Below are positions 9,172 through 17,942 of a DNA stretch of 64,000 nucleotides, piece by piece; the stretch's first letter is position 1, and every line of letters begins with the position of its first letter. The notes below the pieces were generated by a model that worked only from the letters and a program-made list of their open reading frames with translations, did not search any database and was not told the DNA's origin. The position numbers and the translations under genes are program-made. The DNA comes from Anaeromyxobacteraceae bacterium (GTDB taxonomy: Bacteria > Myxococcota > Myxococcia > Myxococcales > Anaeromyxobacteraceae), in NCBI GenBank assembly GCA_032654565.1, contig JAULAX010000017.1:608001-672000 (forward strand), given 5' to 3'.

Positions 9172-10172
9172 TGCAGGCCGTCACCGAGCTTGGCCCGCGC
9201 CTCGGCTTCGCCGCGGCCTGTGCGGCCGTGGGGCTCCCCAAGGCTACCTACTACCGTCGCCTCAGGCCGCCACGGCCGCGGGCGAAGCGGACCTCCCATC
9301 GCGCCTTGGACGCCACCGAGAAGCGCGCCGTGCTCGACGTGCTGAACGAGCCGCGCTTCGCCGACCTCGCGCCGGCCGAGGTCCACGCGACGCTGCTCGA
9401 CGAGGGGCGCTACCTCTGCTCGGAGCGCACGATGTACCGCGTCCTGGCTGAGAACGCGGAGGTTCGCGAGCGCCGCGACCAGCTGCGCCACCCGGCCTAC
9501 ACGGCACCCGAGCTGCTGGCCACCGGGCCGAACCAGCTCTGGAGCTGGGACATCACCAAGCTGCTCGGCCCTCGGAAGTGGACCTACTTCCACCTGTACG
9601 TGATCCTCGACGTCTACAGCAGGTACGTGGTCGGCTGGATGCTCGCGCACCGCGAGACCGCCGCGCTCGCCGAGCGGCTCATCCGCGAGACCTGTGAGCG
9701 CCAGGGCATCCAGCGCGACCAGCTCACGGTCCACGCCGACCGCGGCACCTCGATGCGCTCTAAGCCCGTCGCGCTCATGCTCGCGGACCTGGGCGTCACC
9801 AAGAGCCACTCGCGGCCCCACGTCTCGAACGACAACCCGTTCTCCGAGTCTCAGTTCAAGACCATGAAGTACCGGCCCGACTTCCCGGAGCGCTTCGGCG
9901 CCATCGAGCACGGCCGGGCCCACTGCGTCGACTTCTTCGGCTGGTACAACAACGAGCACCGCCACGGTGGCCTCGGCCTCCTCACGCCCCACGACGTCCA
10001 CCACGGCCTCGCCGGCGCCCGCCTGGAGGCCCGCAGCGCGGTCCTGGCGGCCGCCTTCGCCGATCGGCCCGAGCGGTTCCCCGCCGGCGCCCCGTCGGCC
10101 GGCGCCGTGCCCACCGAGGTCTGGATCAACAAGCCGCAGCAGATTTCACCGACAGAGGAAGTGCGTCAGTAA
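9168..10172 (+). CDS. IS3-family transposase OrfB (DDE/rve)
   Basis: Same motifs as copy 1. Lies in the -1 frame relative to orfA. Confidence 0.95.
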   Translation: MMQAVTELGPRLGFAAACAAVGLPKATYYRRLRPPRPRAKRTSHRALDATEKRAVLDVLNEPRFADLAPAEVHATLLDEGRYLCSERTMYRVLAENAEVRERRDQLRHPAYTAPELLATGPNQLWSWDITKLLGPRKWTYFHLYVILDVYSRYVVGWMLAHRETAALAERLIRETCERQGIQRDQLTVHADRGTSMRSKPVALMLADLGVTKSHSRPHVSNDNPFSESQFKTMKYRPDFPERFGAIEHGRAHCVDFFGWYNNEHRHGGLGLLTPHDVHHGLAGARLEARSAVLAAAFADRPERFPAGAPSAGAVPTEVWINKPQQISPTEEVRQ

Positions 10173-10920
10173 TCTCAGCAGCAGGTTGTCTCATTCGTGT
10201 TGACAGGTTCCGCACCGTGATCAGGCCCGCGCTGCCGTCGTTGTACGTCCCGGTCAAGACGACCGCCACGAGCTCTCGCCCGTACTCGAGTGCGGCGGAC
10301 TGGAAGAGCACGTCAATGGACGGCTTGACTCTGTTCACCCGAGCTCCGTCGAGGAGCCTGGTTCGACGATCCTGAACCACGAGGTGATGGGCTGATGCAG
10401 CGACCAGGATGCGTCCCGGCCGCAGCAACTCGCCGTCGCGCGCATCCTGGGCAGGCAGGCGTCCGGCCCGGGCAAGTATTCGCGCCAGCGCACTCGGGTG
10501 CTCAACTGGATGGTGGACCACGACGGCTACCGCGGCCGGCAGGTCTCGAGGCAGGTGCGCGACGAGGTGTGTCACCGCCTCGACGCCCCCGACCGACGCA
10601 CCGATAACGATGAGCCGCTTGGCGGGGGGATCGCTCGCTCCGCCGTCATCATCTTGCTTGTCGGTCATCCAGCCCGATCTCGAACTGACAGTCAGGAGCT
10701 GTCGGCGCCATCCGTGCCCGCCTCGAGCGTACTGGAGACAGCCTACTGTCTTCGTGCAAGTTCCGCGACCTGCGCGCCTGACTCGTCGCGCCACCTGCGA
10801 GGCGAGAGACTCCCCGGTGAGGTGGCGGTAGGCTCCTCGGCGACATGGCGACCGCTTGGTTGGCCGGTGGATGGCGCCCGTCTCCACCTTCGCGTCGTCC
10901 ATGCCCAGGAGGCACCGACC

Positions 10921-11352
10921 ATGTCCCGTGACGGATACCTCCCGCTCAGCACGCTTCTCACACCTGAGGAGGCGGGCATGGCGCTCGGGCTCCTCGAGGG
11001 GGCCGGCATCGAGGCGCTCCTCGAGGATCAGGCCCTTTCTGCGGTGGACCCGCTGGTGCGTCTCGCCATCGGCGGCACCAAGCTGCTGGTGCGCGCCGAG
11101 GATGCCGACCGGGCCCGCGCCCTCCTCGACGAGACCGGCGTGCTTGCCCCAGCGGGCGCCAGACTGGGCGGTGACGTCGAGATCCCGGAGGCCGAGTGGT
11201 CGGCGCCGCCGCCAGAACCACCGCCAGAGGAGACCGCCGCGGTCGGCTGGTCGGGGACCCGCATCCTGTTGGTGCTCGCCGCGCTCGCCGCAACGGCCTA
11301 TGTCCTGCTCGGTGAGTCGAGGCGGCCTCGCTGGCCGCCCTGGGGGCCTTGA
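10921..11352 (+). CDS. DUF2007-type (putative signal-transducing) membrane protein
   Basis: EAGMALGLLEGAGIEALLED...GGTKLLVRAEDADRARALL plus a C-terminal TM. AGGAGG RBS. Confidence 0.8.
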   Translation: MSRDGYLPLSTLLTPEEAGMALGLLEGAGIEALLEDQALSAVDPLVRLAIGGTKLLVRAEDADRARALLDETGVLAPAGARLGGDVEIPEAEWSAPPPEPPPEETAAVGWSGTRILLVLAALAATAYVLLGESRRPRWPPWGP

Positions 11353-11358
11353 CGTCCC

Positions 11359-12153
11359 CTACCCGTGCACCTTCCGCCCCAACTCCCGCATCCAGCGCTG
11401 CTCCTCGTCGGAGGGCGGCCCGCGCTCCAGCGCCGCCAGGTTCTCGCGCAGCTCCTTCACGTCCCTGGGGCCGGTCAGCACCACGTCGACGTGCGGGCTC
11501 CCGAGGCAGAAGCGGTAGCAGTCGCCGGCGGTCATCACCGGCCCCTTCCAGCCCGACGGCGCCTGGAGCAGCTTGCGCCAGGAGGTGGCGGTGTAGGCCA
11601 CCACCGCGGGAGTGCGGCGCCCGAGGTGCGGGAAGACATCGCCCTCGGCGCCGGGGTGGGCGGCGTTGTAGCGGACCATCAGCAGGTCGAGCGGCGAGTC
11701 GAGCGCCAGCCGCCCGGCCCGCGGCCGGTCGTGGATGGAGACGCCCAGCGCCCGGACCGCGCCGGTCTCGCGGATGCGGACCAGCTCGTCGACCATGGCC
11801 GGCGAGAGGCGCGACATCTTGCTGACCCAGTAGAGCTGCAGCACGTCGAGGTAGTCGGTGCCCAGCACCTTCCTGGCCCGGTCGACGTAGCGCTGCAGCT
11901 GCCCGGGGAAGAGGGCGATGGTCGGCCCGCCGGCGATGACGTACCGCTCGCGGTCCTTCCTGCAGGCGGCCCGCAGCGGCCCGGTGAACTTCGTGGCGCG
12001 CGGGTTCCAGAAGACGTACTGCAGCTGCTCCAGCGCCTCCTCGCACCCCTTCTCGTCGAGCCCGTAGCTGGGGGCCAGGCCGAGCCGGTGGAGCTTCTTG
12101 CCGGAGAGGGCCGGCACCGCGCGGTGCGTGAAGTCGGTGGTCATGGCGGTCAC
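11359..12153 (-). CDS. Aldo/keto reductase
   Basis: [41 protein letters not shown]. Confidence 0.88.
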   Translation of the reverse strand: MTAMTTDFTHRAVPALSGKKLHRLGLAPSYGLDEKGCEEALEQLQYVFWNPRATKFTGPLRAACRKDRERYVIAGGPTIALFPGQLQRYVDRARKVLGTDYLDVLQLYWVSKMSRLSPAMVDELVRIRETGAVRALGVSIHDRPRAGRLALDSPLDLLMVRYNAAHPGAEGDVFPHLGRRTPAVVAYTATSWRKLLQAPSGWKGPVMTAGDCYRFCLGSPHVDVVLTGPRDVKELRENLAALERGPPSDEEQRWMRELGRKVHG

Positions 12154-13793
12154 CCCTCCCTGGTGGCGGCGGCCACGATGGCCTGCGCCTCCTCGATGAT
12201 CCGCGCCAGGTGGGCCTCATCGCGGAAGCTCTCGGCGTAGATCTTCTGCACGTCCTCGGTCCCCGACGGCCGGGCCGCGAACCAGCCGTTGGCGGTGGTC
12301 ACCTTGAGCCCCCCGACCTCGGCGCCGTTCCCCGGGGCCCGGGTCAGCCTGGCGGTGATGGGGTCGCCGGCCAGCGTGGTGGCGGTGACCGCGGCGGGCG
12401 AGAGCTTCTTGAGCGCCGCCTTGACCGCCGGCGAGGCCGGGGCGTCCACCCGCCGGTAGACCGGCGCGCCGAGCGCCGCGGTCAGCTCGCGGTAGCGCTC
12501 GCCCGGGTCGCGGCCGGTGCGGGCCCGCAGCTCCACCGCCAGCAGGTCGAGCAGGATCCCGTCCTTGTCGGTGGTCCAGGTGGTCCCGTCGCGCCGCAGG
12601 AAGGAGGCGCCGGCGCTCTCCTCGCCACCGAAGCCGATCGAGCCGTCGCCCAGGCCCGGCACGAACCACTTGAAGCCGACCGGCACCTCGACCAGGCGCC
12701 GGCCCAGCCGCGCCGCCACCCGGTCGATGAGCGCCGAGGAGACCAGCGTCTTGCCGACACCGGCGGCGGCCGGCCAGCCGGGGCGATGCGTGAAGAGGTA
12801 GTCGATGGCCACCGCCAGGTAGGCGTTGGGGTCGAGCAGCCCCATCGACGGGGTGACGATGCCGTGCCGGTCGGCGTCGGCGTCGTTGCCGAAGGCGAGA
12901 TCGAACCGGTCCTTCATGGCGATCAGCCCGCTCATGGCGTAGCGCGACGAGCAGTCCATGCGGATGCGGCCGTCGTGGTCGAGCGGCATGAAGCCGAAGG
13001 TCGGGTCGAGCTCCGGCCGGGTGACGATGAGATCCAGCTTCAAGGCCTCGGCGATGGGCCCCCAGTACGGGGCGCTGGCCCCGCCCATGGGGTCGACCCC
13101 CAGCTTCAGCTTCGCGCCGCGCAGCACCTCCAGGTCGAGCACGGCCCCCAGGTCGGCCACGTAGGGCGTGACGTAGTCGCGGGCCGAGGTGGTGGCGGCG
13201 GCGCGGGCCCGGGCGTACGGGATCCGCCTCACCTCGCGGTTCTTCCCCTCCAGCAGCTGGTTGGCGCGCCGCTCGATCCAGCCGGTGGCGTCGGTGTCGG
13301 CCGGCCCGCCGTGGGGCGGGTTGTACTTGATGCCGCCGTCGTCGGGCGGGTTGTGGCTGGGGGTGATGATCAGGCCGTCGGCCAGGTGGCTGGTCCGGCC
13401 GCGGTTGTGGCCGAGGATGGCGTGGGAGAGGACCGGCGTCGGCACCGGGACGCCGCCGCCGGAGACCACCACGGTGACGCCGTTGGCGGCCAGCACCTCC
13501 AGCGTGGTCCGCTCGGCCGGCTCGGAGAGGGCGTGGGTGTCGCTGCCGAGGAAGAGCGGGCCGTCGATCCCCTGCCCGGCCCGGTACTCGGCGGTGGCCT
13601 GGGCCACGGCGGCCAGGTGGGCGTCGTTGAAGGCGCGCTTCAGCCCGCTGCCGCGGTGGCCGGAGGTGCCGAAGGCGACCCGCTGGGCCGGGATCGACGG
13701 GTCGGGCACCTCCTCGGCGTAGCGGCGGCGCAGGTCGGCGACGTCGATGAGCAGCTCTTTGGGCGCCGGCTTTCCGGCGAGCGGGTGGGCCAT
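12150..13793 (-). CDS. pgm: Phosphoglucomutase (alpha-D-glucose-1,6-bisphosphate-dependent)
   Basis: [33 protein letters not shown]. Confidence 0.97.
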   Translation of the reverse strand: MAHPLAGKPAPKELLIDVADLRRRYAEEVPDPSIPAQRVAFGTSGHRGSGLKRAFNDAHLAAVAQATAEYRAGQGIDGPLFLGSDTHALSEPAERTTLEVLAANGVTVVVSGGGVPVPTPVLSHAILGHNRGRTSHLADGLIITPSHNPPDDGGIKYNPPHGGPADTDATGWIERRANQLLEGKNREVRRIPYARARAAATTSARDYVTPYVADLGAVLDLEVLRGAKLKLGVDPMGGASAPYWGPIAEALKLDLIVTRPELDPTFGFMPLDHDGRIRMDCSSRYAMSGLIAMKDRFDLAFGNDADADRHGIVTPSMGLLDPNAYLAVAIDYLFTHRPGWPAAAGVGKTLVSSALIDRVAARLGRRLVEVPVGFKWFVPGLGDGSIGFGGEESAGASFLRRDGTTWTTDKDGILLDLLAVELRARTGRDPGERYRELTAALGAPVYRRVDAPASPAVKAALKKLSPAAVTATTLAGDPITARLTRAPGNGAEVGGLKVTTANGWFAARPSGTEDVQKIYAESFRDEAHLARIIEEAQAIVAAATREG

Positions 13794-13818
13794 GGCGGGA
13801 GTCTAGCGCGAGGCCGGG

Positions 13819-14310
13819 TCAGTCGCCGGCCGGAGCGTCGGGGACGACCGGCAGCGGCAGCGGCAGGCGCGAGAGCAGCGCCGCCAGCAGCAGGTAGAGC
13901 AGACCCCCCACCAGCGGCGCCGCCACCCCCCAGGCGGCCAGCGCCCGCAGGTTGTCGCCGAGGTAGCGGGCCACGGTGCCGAGCGCGTCGGCGGAGAGCT
14001 CGGCCTGGAGCCCGGCCAGGGTGAAGCCGAGCGGGGCGCGGCCGAAGAGCCAGGCGCCGGCCTGGAAGGCCGGGATGAAGAGGAGCAGCTGCAGCGGGTA
14101 GGCCAGGTAGTTGGCCAGCTGGATGGCCGGCTGGTTGAGCCGCAGCGCCACCGCCAGCAGCGCGCAGAGGGCGGTGGTGACGCCGAGCACCGGGATCACC
14201 CCCACCACCAGGCCGAGGGTGAGCGCCAGCGCCAGGCGCGACGGCGACACCCCCTGGGTGAGCTGGTCCCGGAGCGGGTGGAGGACGCGACGGTGGAGGA
14301 GCTGGCGCAC
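13819..14310 (-). CDS. DUF2062 family membrane protein
   Basis: QGVSPSRLALALTLG...P.LG.TT...LRLNQPAIQLANYLAYPLQ. Confidence 0.85.
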   Translation of the reverse strand: MRQLLHRRVLHPLRDQLTQGVSPSRLALALTLGLVVGVIPVLGVTTALCALLAVALRLNQPAIQLANYLAYPLQLLLFIPAFQAGAWLFGRAPLGFTLAGLQAELSADALGTVARYLGDNLRALAAWGVAAPLVGGLLYLLLAALLSRLPLPLPVVPDAPAGD

Positions 14311-14360
14311 CGTGGGGGAATAACCCGGTGGCCGGGGCGGCGCTCGACCCGAACGAAACT

Positions 14361-14388
14361 CGGGAGGGGACCCGAAGATCCCCTCCCG
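14361..14388 (-). terminator. Intrinsic terminator after OmpA1-IBP1
   Basis: CGGGAGGGGA...TCCCCTCCCG stem, weak U-tail. Same stem as 23952-23978. Confidence 0.7.
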
Positions 14389-14427
14389 AAGATGCTGCGT
14401 GAGCTCACGGCCCGGAGGCCGCGTGGG

Positions 14428-15189
14428 CTACGGCCGGACGATGGTGTTGGCGTCCAGCGTCACCGCGGCGATCCGGGCCAGGGCCCGGCCATTCAGCGAG
14501 GCGCCGGTCTCCAGCGTGACGGCCTGGTCGGCCATGATGGTGCCGAAGAAGGCCGAGGTGGTCCCGATGGTCGCCGAGCTGCCGACCTGCCAGTAGATGT
14601 TGGCGGCCGAAGCGCCCCCGGCCAGGACGATCCCCAGCCCGGAGGTGGTGGTGAGCGTCGACGCCGACTGGAAGATGAAGACGGCGTTGGCGTCTCCCAG
14701 GGCGTCGAGGGTGAGCGTGCCCGAGGTGACCTCCAGGGACGACCCGGACCAGTAGAGCCCGGGGGTGAGCGTCTGGCCGCCCAGGTTGGGGGCGGCGACG
14801 GTGATGCGGCAGAGGGTCCGGCCCGCGGCGTCGTTGTAGGCCGTGGTCAGGTCGGCGATGGCGGTGGCCGCGGCCGGGTCGCCGGCGTGGGTGGTCCCGG
14901 TGATGATGCCGGGCCCGAAGCCGCTCACCACCGTGCCCGGGCTGACCCCGAGGTCACCGGTCACCTGGGTGGCGCCGGTGCTGGTGACGGTGGAGCCGGC
15001 CAGCACCGCGAAGGGTGCCGCCCCGCCGAGCACCACCGGCGCCAGGGCGCAGGGGCCCCCGAAGATGGCGTTGCCGCCGGCGATGGTGTTGCCACCCGCG
15101 GTGGCGTTGGGGAACTCCACCAGCTGCTGCCCGCAGGCGGTGGAGAGGACGGCCAGGGCCAGCACCAAGCTGCTCTTGAAGACGTTCAT
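14428..15189 (-). CDS. DUF3494 ice-binding-like lipoprotein 1 (single domain)
   Basis: Lipobox LSTAC. FAVLAGSTVT, GDLGVSPG, LTLDALGDANAVFIFQ, NIYWQVGSSATIG, GRALA. Confidence 0.93.
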   Translation of the reverse strand: MNVFKSSLVLALAVLSTACGQQLVEFPNATAGGNTIAGGNAIFGGPCALAPVVLGGAAPFAVLAGSTVTSTGATQVTGDLGVSPGTVVSGFGPGIITGTTHAGDPAAATAIADLTTAYNDAAGRTLCRITVAAPNLGGQTLTPGLYWSGSSLEVTSGTLTLDALGDANAVFIFQSASTLTTTSGLGIVLAGGASAANIYWQVGSSATIGTTSAFFGTIMADQAVTLETGASLNGRALARIAAVTLDANTIVRP

Positions 15190-15190
15190 G

Positions 15191-16363
15191 TCACTTCCCC
15201 TCGTGGGTGGCGATGGCGGCGTTGACCTGGAACTCGACGCGCCGGTTCTTCTCCCGGCCGGCGTTGGTGTCGTTGCTGGCGGCGGGGTTCGACGAGGAGA
15301 AGCCCTTGGAACCGAGCCGCTCCTTGGCGATGCCGTGGGTCACCAGGTAGTCGCGGACCGCCGTGGCCCGCCGCTCGGAGAGGGCCTGGTTGTGGCGGGA
15401 TTCACCCTCGGAGGAGGCGTGCCCCTCGATCCGCACGTCCACGGCGCGGTCGCCTTGGAGGGAGCGGACCACCTCGTCGAGCGCCGGCAGGGAGGCCGGC
15501 AGGATGACCGACTGGTCCCAGGCGAAGTAGAGCCGCTCGTTCAGCTGGAGCCGGACCGGCTGGGCCGCCACCTTCTTCTCGGCGGGGCAGCCGTGGTTCT
15601 CCCAGGTGCCGGCCACGTCGGGGCAGCGGTCGACGTCGTCGGGGACGCCGTCGGCGTCACGGTCGGTGCAGGCGAAGGCCTGCTGGACCTCGGTGCGGAC
15701 CTCGGCGGGGAGCGCCGCCTCGCGCAGCACCGGCCGCTTCACCCCGGGACCGAGGTCGAGGCTGATGCCGACGGTGAGGAGCTTGGCGTCGCGGTTGTCG
15801 TAGCCGCTCCGCGAGGGCTGGATGATCTGGCCGTAGCGCACGAACGGGCCGAGCCAGTAGGCGCGGGACTTCCCCAGCGGGACCGCGGCGCCGGCGCCGA
15901 TGGCCAGCCCGGGCCGGTTGAGCGGGCCGGTCCGGACGTACTGGGCGTCGACGTCGACCCAGGGCGAGACGTTGTAGAACCGGTCGTTGTCGGGCAGGTC
16001 GCGCGGCCGCTGCAGCAGCAGGCTGCCGCCGAAGCTCCACGCCGTCCCGAAGCGGCTGACGCCGTCGGCCGCCGGCAGGGCCAGGAAGCCGATGCTGGGG
16101 CCGACGCCGAGGTAGCGGTTGAGGGACCAGAGCCCCTTGACGGTGAGCGAGCCGCCGGTGTCGAAGCGCTGCGACTGCGGCGCCGTCAGCGGGAAGGAGA
16201 CCCCGGGCTGCAGCCTCAGGGTGAACTCACCGCGCTGGGTGGGGAGCGGATCGGTGGAGGTGGCCGTGGCGTCGGCGGCCCGGGCCATGGGGGAGAACAG
16301 CAGGAAGGCGGCCACGACCGCAGCTGCGGTCGACGGCTTGGCCAGGGTGGATCCTCGGATCAT
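15191..16363 (-). CDS. OmpA-family protein 1 (N-terminal barrel, TSP3-like Ca-binding repeat, peptidoglycan-binding domain)
   Basis: DRDADGVPDDVDRCP, IEGHAS...NQALSERRA, NRRVEF. Confidence 0.93.
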   Translation of the reverse strand: MIRGSTLAKPSTAAAVVAAFLLFSPMARAADATATSTDPLPTQRGEFTLRLQPGVSFPLTAPQSQRFDTGGSLTVKGLWSLNRYLGVGPSIGFLALPAADGVSRFGTAWSFGGSLLLQRPRDLPDNDRFYNVSPWVDVDAQYVRTGPLNRPGLAIGAGAAVPLGKSRAYWLGPFVRYGQIIQPSRSGYDNRDAKLLTVGISLDLGPGVKRPVLREAALPAEVRTEVQQAFACTDRDADGVPDDVDRCPDVAGTWENHGCPAEKKVAAQPVRLQLNERLYFAWDQSVILPASLPALDEVVRSLQGDRAVDVRIEGHASSEGESRHNQALSERRATAVRDYLVTHGIAKERLGSKGFSSSNPAASNDTNAGREKNRRVEFQVNAAIATHEGK

Positions 16364-16488
16364 CGGGTGCTCCTTCGGCAGGTGGTGAGTGAACGCGCCT
16401 CCGGCCAGGGCTTGGCGGAAGCGCGGGAGATCGACTGTTCGGAGCCCGTCGAGGGACGGGCGCCTCGGTCGAAGACGACTTCACCTAG

Positions 16489-16504
16489 AGCAGCAAGCGG
16501 GCCA
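16489..16504 (-). promoter_or_regulatory. sigma54 -24/-12 promoter for OmpA1-IBP1
   Basis: Minus strand TGGCCCGCTTGCTGCT (GG-N10-GC). Confidence 0.65.
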
Positions 16505-16569
16505 GTCGCCCTCCCCCAGCAATTCGGCGTGGTTGTGGACGCCGGCGGCGGCGAGCGCGGTCCGGCGCT

Positions 16570-16604
16570 CCATCATGTTGACGTGGGGGCACTCATTCCG
16601 ATGG
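16570..16604. promoter_or_regulatory. Candidate enhancer (UAS type A)
   Basis: CCATCATGTTGA-N11-TCATTCCGATGG, about 69 bp upstream of the promoter. Confidence 0.5.
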
Positions 16605-16673
16605 GGCGCCGAGCCGCCCCGGAGGCCGTCGATCCCGTCGACCGGGGTGGTCGGCCGCCTTACACTCACCGCC

Positions 16674-17498
16674 ATGTGGACCTCGGCCCACCCGCTCGCC
16701 GTCACCGCGCTCCTGCTCGCCGGCGCCATGGTGGCGCTCTGGCTCCTCTCCCTGCCGCTCCGCAACGCCTCGATCATCGACGCCTGCTGGGGGGCCGCCT
16801 TCGCGGTGGCCGGCTGGGGCGCGGCGCTGGCCGGGGGCGTCCCGCTCGGCTCGCCGCGCACGGCGCTGGCCCTGGCGCTGGTGACGCTCTGGGCGGCGCG
16901 GCTCTCGCTCCACCTGCTGGCGCGCAACGCCGGTCACGGCGAGGACCCGCGCTACGCCGCCATGCGCCGCGGCCACGGCGCCCGCTTCTGGTGGGTGAGC
17001 CTCTTCACCGTCTTCCTGCTCCAGGCGGCGCTGGCCTGGGCCATCTCGCTGCCGGTGCAGCTGGCGGTGCTGCGCGGCGGACCGCTGGGCTGGCTGGACG
17101 GCGTCGCGGTGGGGGTCTGGCTCACCGGCTTCGTCTTCGAGACGGTCGGTGACCTGCAGCTGACCCGCTTCCGCGCCGATCCGGGGAACCGCGGCCGGGC
17201 CCTCGACACCGGCCTCTGGCGCTACACCCGCCACCCCAACTACTTCGGTGACGCCCTGCTCTGGTGGGGCTTCGGCCTGCTGGGCGTGGCGGCCGGCGCC
17301 CCCTGGACGCTCTTCGCACCGGCGCTGATGACCTTCCTGCTGGTCAAGGTCTCCGGCGTGGCCCTGCTGGAGAAGGACATCGCCGAGCGGCGGCCGGCCT
17401 ACCGCGACTACCTGGCGCGGACCAGCGCCTTCATCCCCTGGTGGCCGCGCCCGGCGCGTTCCGCCAGCCGCCCGCCCCCGCGGCAGGCCGCACCATAG
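16674..17498 (+). CDS. DUF1295 / steroid 5-alpha-reductase-like membrane protein
   Basis: RNASIIDACWG, GEDPRY, GLWRYTRHPNYFGD, RTSAFIPW. Confidence 0.92.
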   Translation: MWTSAHPLAVTALLLAGAMVALWLLSLPLRNASIIDACWGAAFAVAGWGAALAGGVPLGSPRTALALALVTLWAARLSLHLLARNAGHGEDPRYAAMRRGHGARFWWVSLFTVFLLQAALAWAISLPVQLAVLRGGPLGWLDGVAVGVWLTGFVFETVGDLQLTRFRADPGNRGRALDTGLWRYTRHPNYFGDALLWWGFGLLGVAAGAPWTLFAPALMTFLLVKVSGVALLEKDIAERRPAYRDYLARTSAFIPWWPRPARSASRPPPRQAAP

Positions 17499-17513
17499 GG
17501 ATCGTCGCCGCGT

Positions 17514-17663
17514 TCAGCGGAGCCGGCGCCCCTGGATGACCCGGATCAGCACCACCACCACCGCCACCACCAGCAGCAGGTGGATGAAGCCCCCCATGGT
17601 GCTGGAGGTGACGAGCCCGAGGGCCCAGAGGACGAGCAGGATGACGGCGATGGTCCAGAGCAT
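17514..17663 (-). CDS. lmo0937-family small membrane protein
   Basis: [56 protein letters not shown]. Confidence 0.9.
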   Translation of the reverse strand: MLWTIAVILLVLWALGLVTSSTMGGFIHLLLVVAVVVVLIRVIQGRRLR

Positions 17664-17693
17664 GGGGCTCCCTTCAGAGCGACCCCTCCCTGA

Positions 17694-17709
17694 AGCATCG
17701 GCCGTGCCC
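17694..17709 (-). promoter_or_regulatory. sigma54 promoter for the lmo0937-like gene
   Basis: Minus strand GGGCACGGCCGATGCT. Confidence 0.65.
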
Positions 17710-17764
17710 GGGCCAAGCGCCGGGAATGGCTGGGCGGCGACACACCGGAAGGGTGAACCCGGAT

Positions 17765-17784
17765 GTTCGCGAACGTTCCCGACC
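17765..17784. promoter_or_regulatory. Recurring motif B (GTTCGCGAACGTTC), copy 1
   Basis: GTTCGCGAACGTTCCCGACC. Also at 19307 and 36261. Confidence 0.7.
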
Positions 17785-17942
17785 GCGGCCGGGTCCACGC
17801 CCGCCGGCGCGGGGCCAAACGTTCGGAGTGGTCAACCCAAACGTTCTGACGGTCGCCGCTGGAAAGGCGTACCATGCACCCACCGCGCGGTCCGACAGAT
17901 CCTCATGTTCCTGCCGCTCCTCCCCGTCGCGGAGGAGATGTC

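Larger units (their letters stand above)
8691..10212 (+). mobile_element. IS3-family insertion sequence, copy 2 (1522 bp)
   Basis: orfA/orfB with an A8G slippery site at 9113-9121. IRs begin at 8698 and end at 10205. Flanked by CAC...CAC (3-bp duplication). Confidence 0.95.
8472..10668 (-). pseudogene. cheB: Stand-alone CheB methylesterase gene split by IS copy 2
   Basis: GASVGG, VVHH, PSIDVLFQSAA, LTGTYNDGSAGLITV | RRAGGVAVVQDP...MP. Rejoins in frame with a GTG duplication. Confidence 0.9.
1421..11353. mobile_element. Accessory island between the duplicated AKR 3' ends (no integrase seen)
   Basis: Flanking 120-bp imperfect direct repeat, GACGTCCC at both inner junctions, visibly weaker GC3 bias in 1.4-4.9 kb, two IS insertions. 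Confidence 0.55.

Noticed and set aside
1421..11353. Integron cassette array or prophage
   Set aside because: No attC-like structures, integrase or phage structural genes. Genes lie in mixed orientation.
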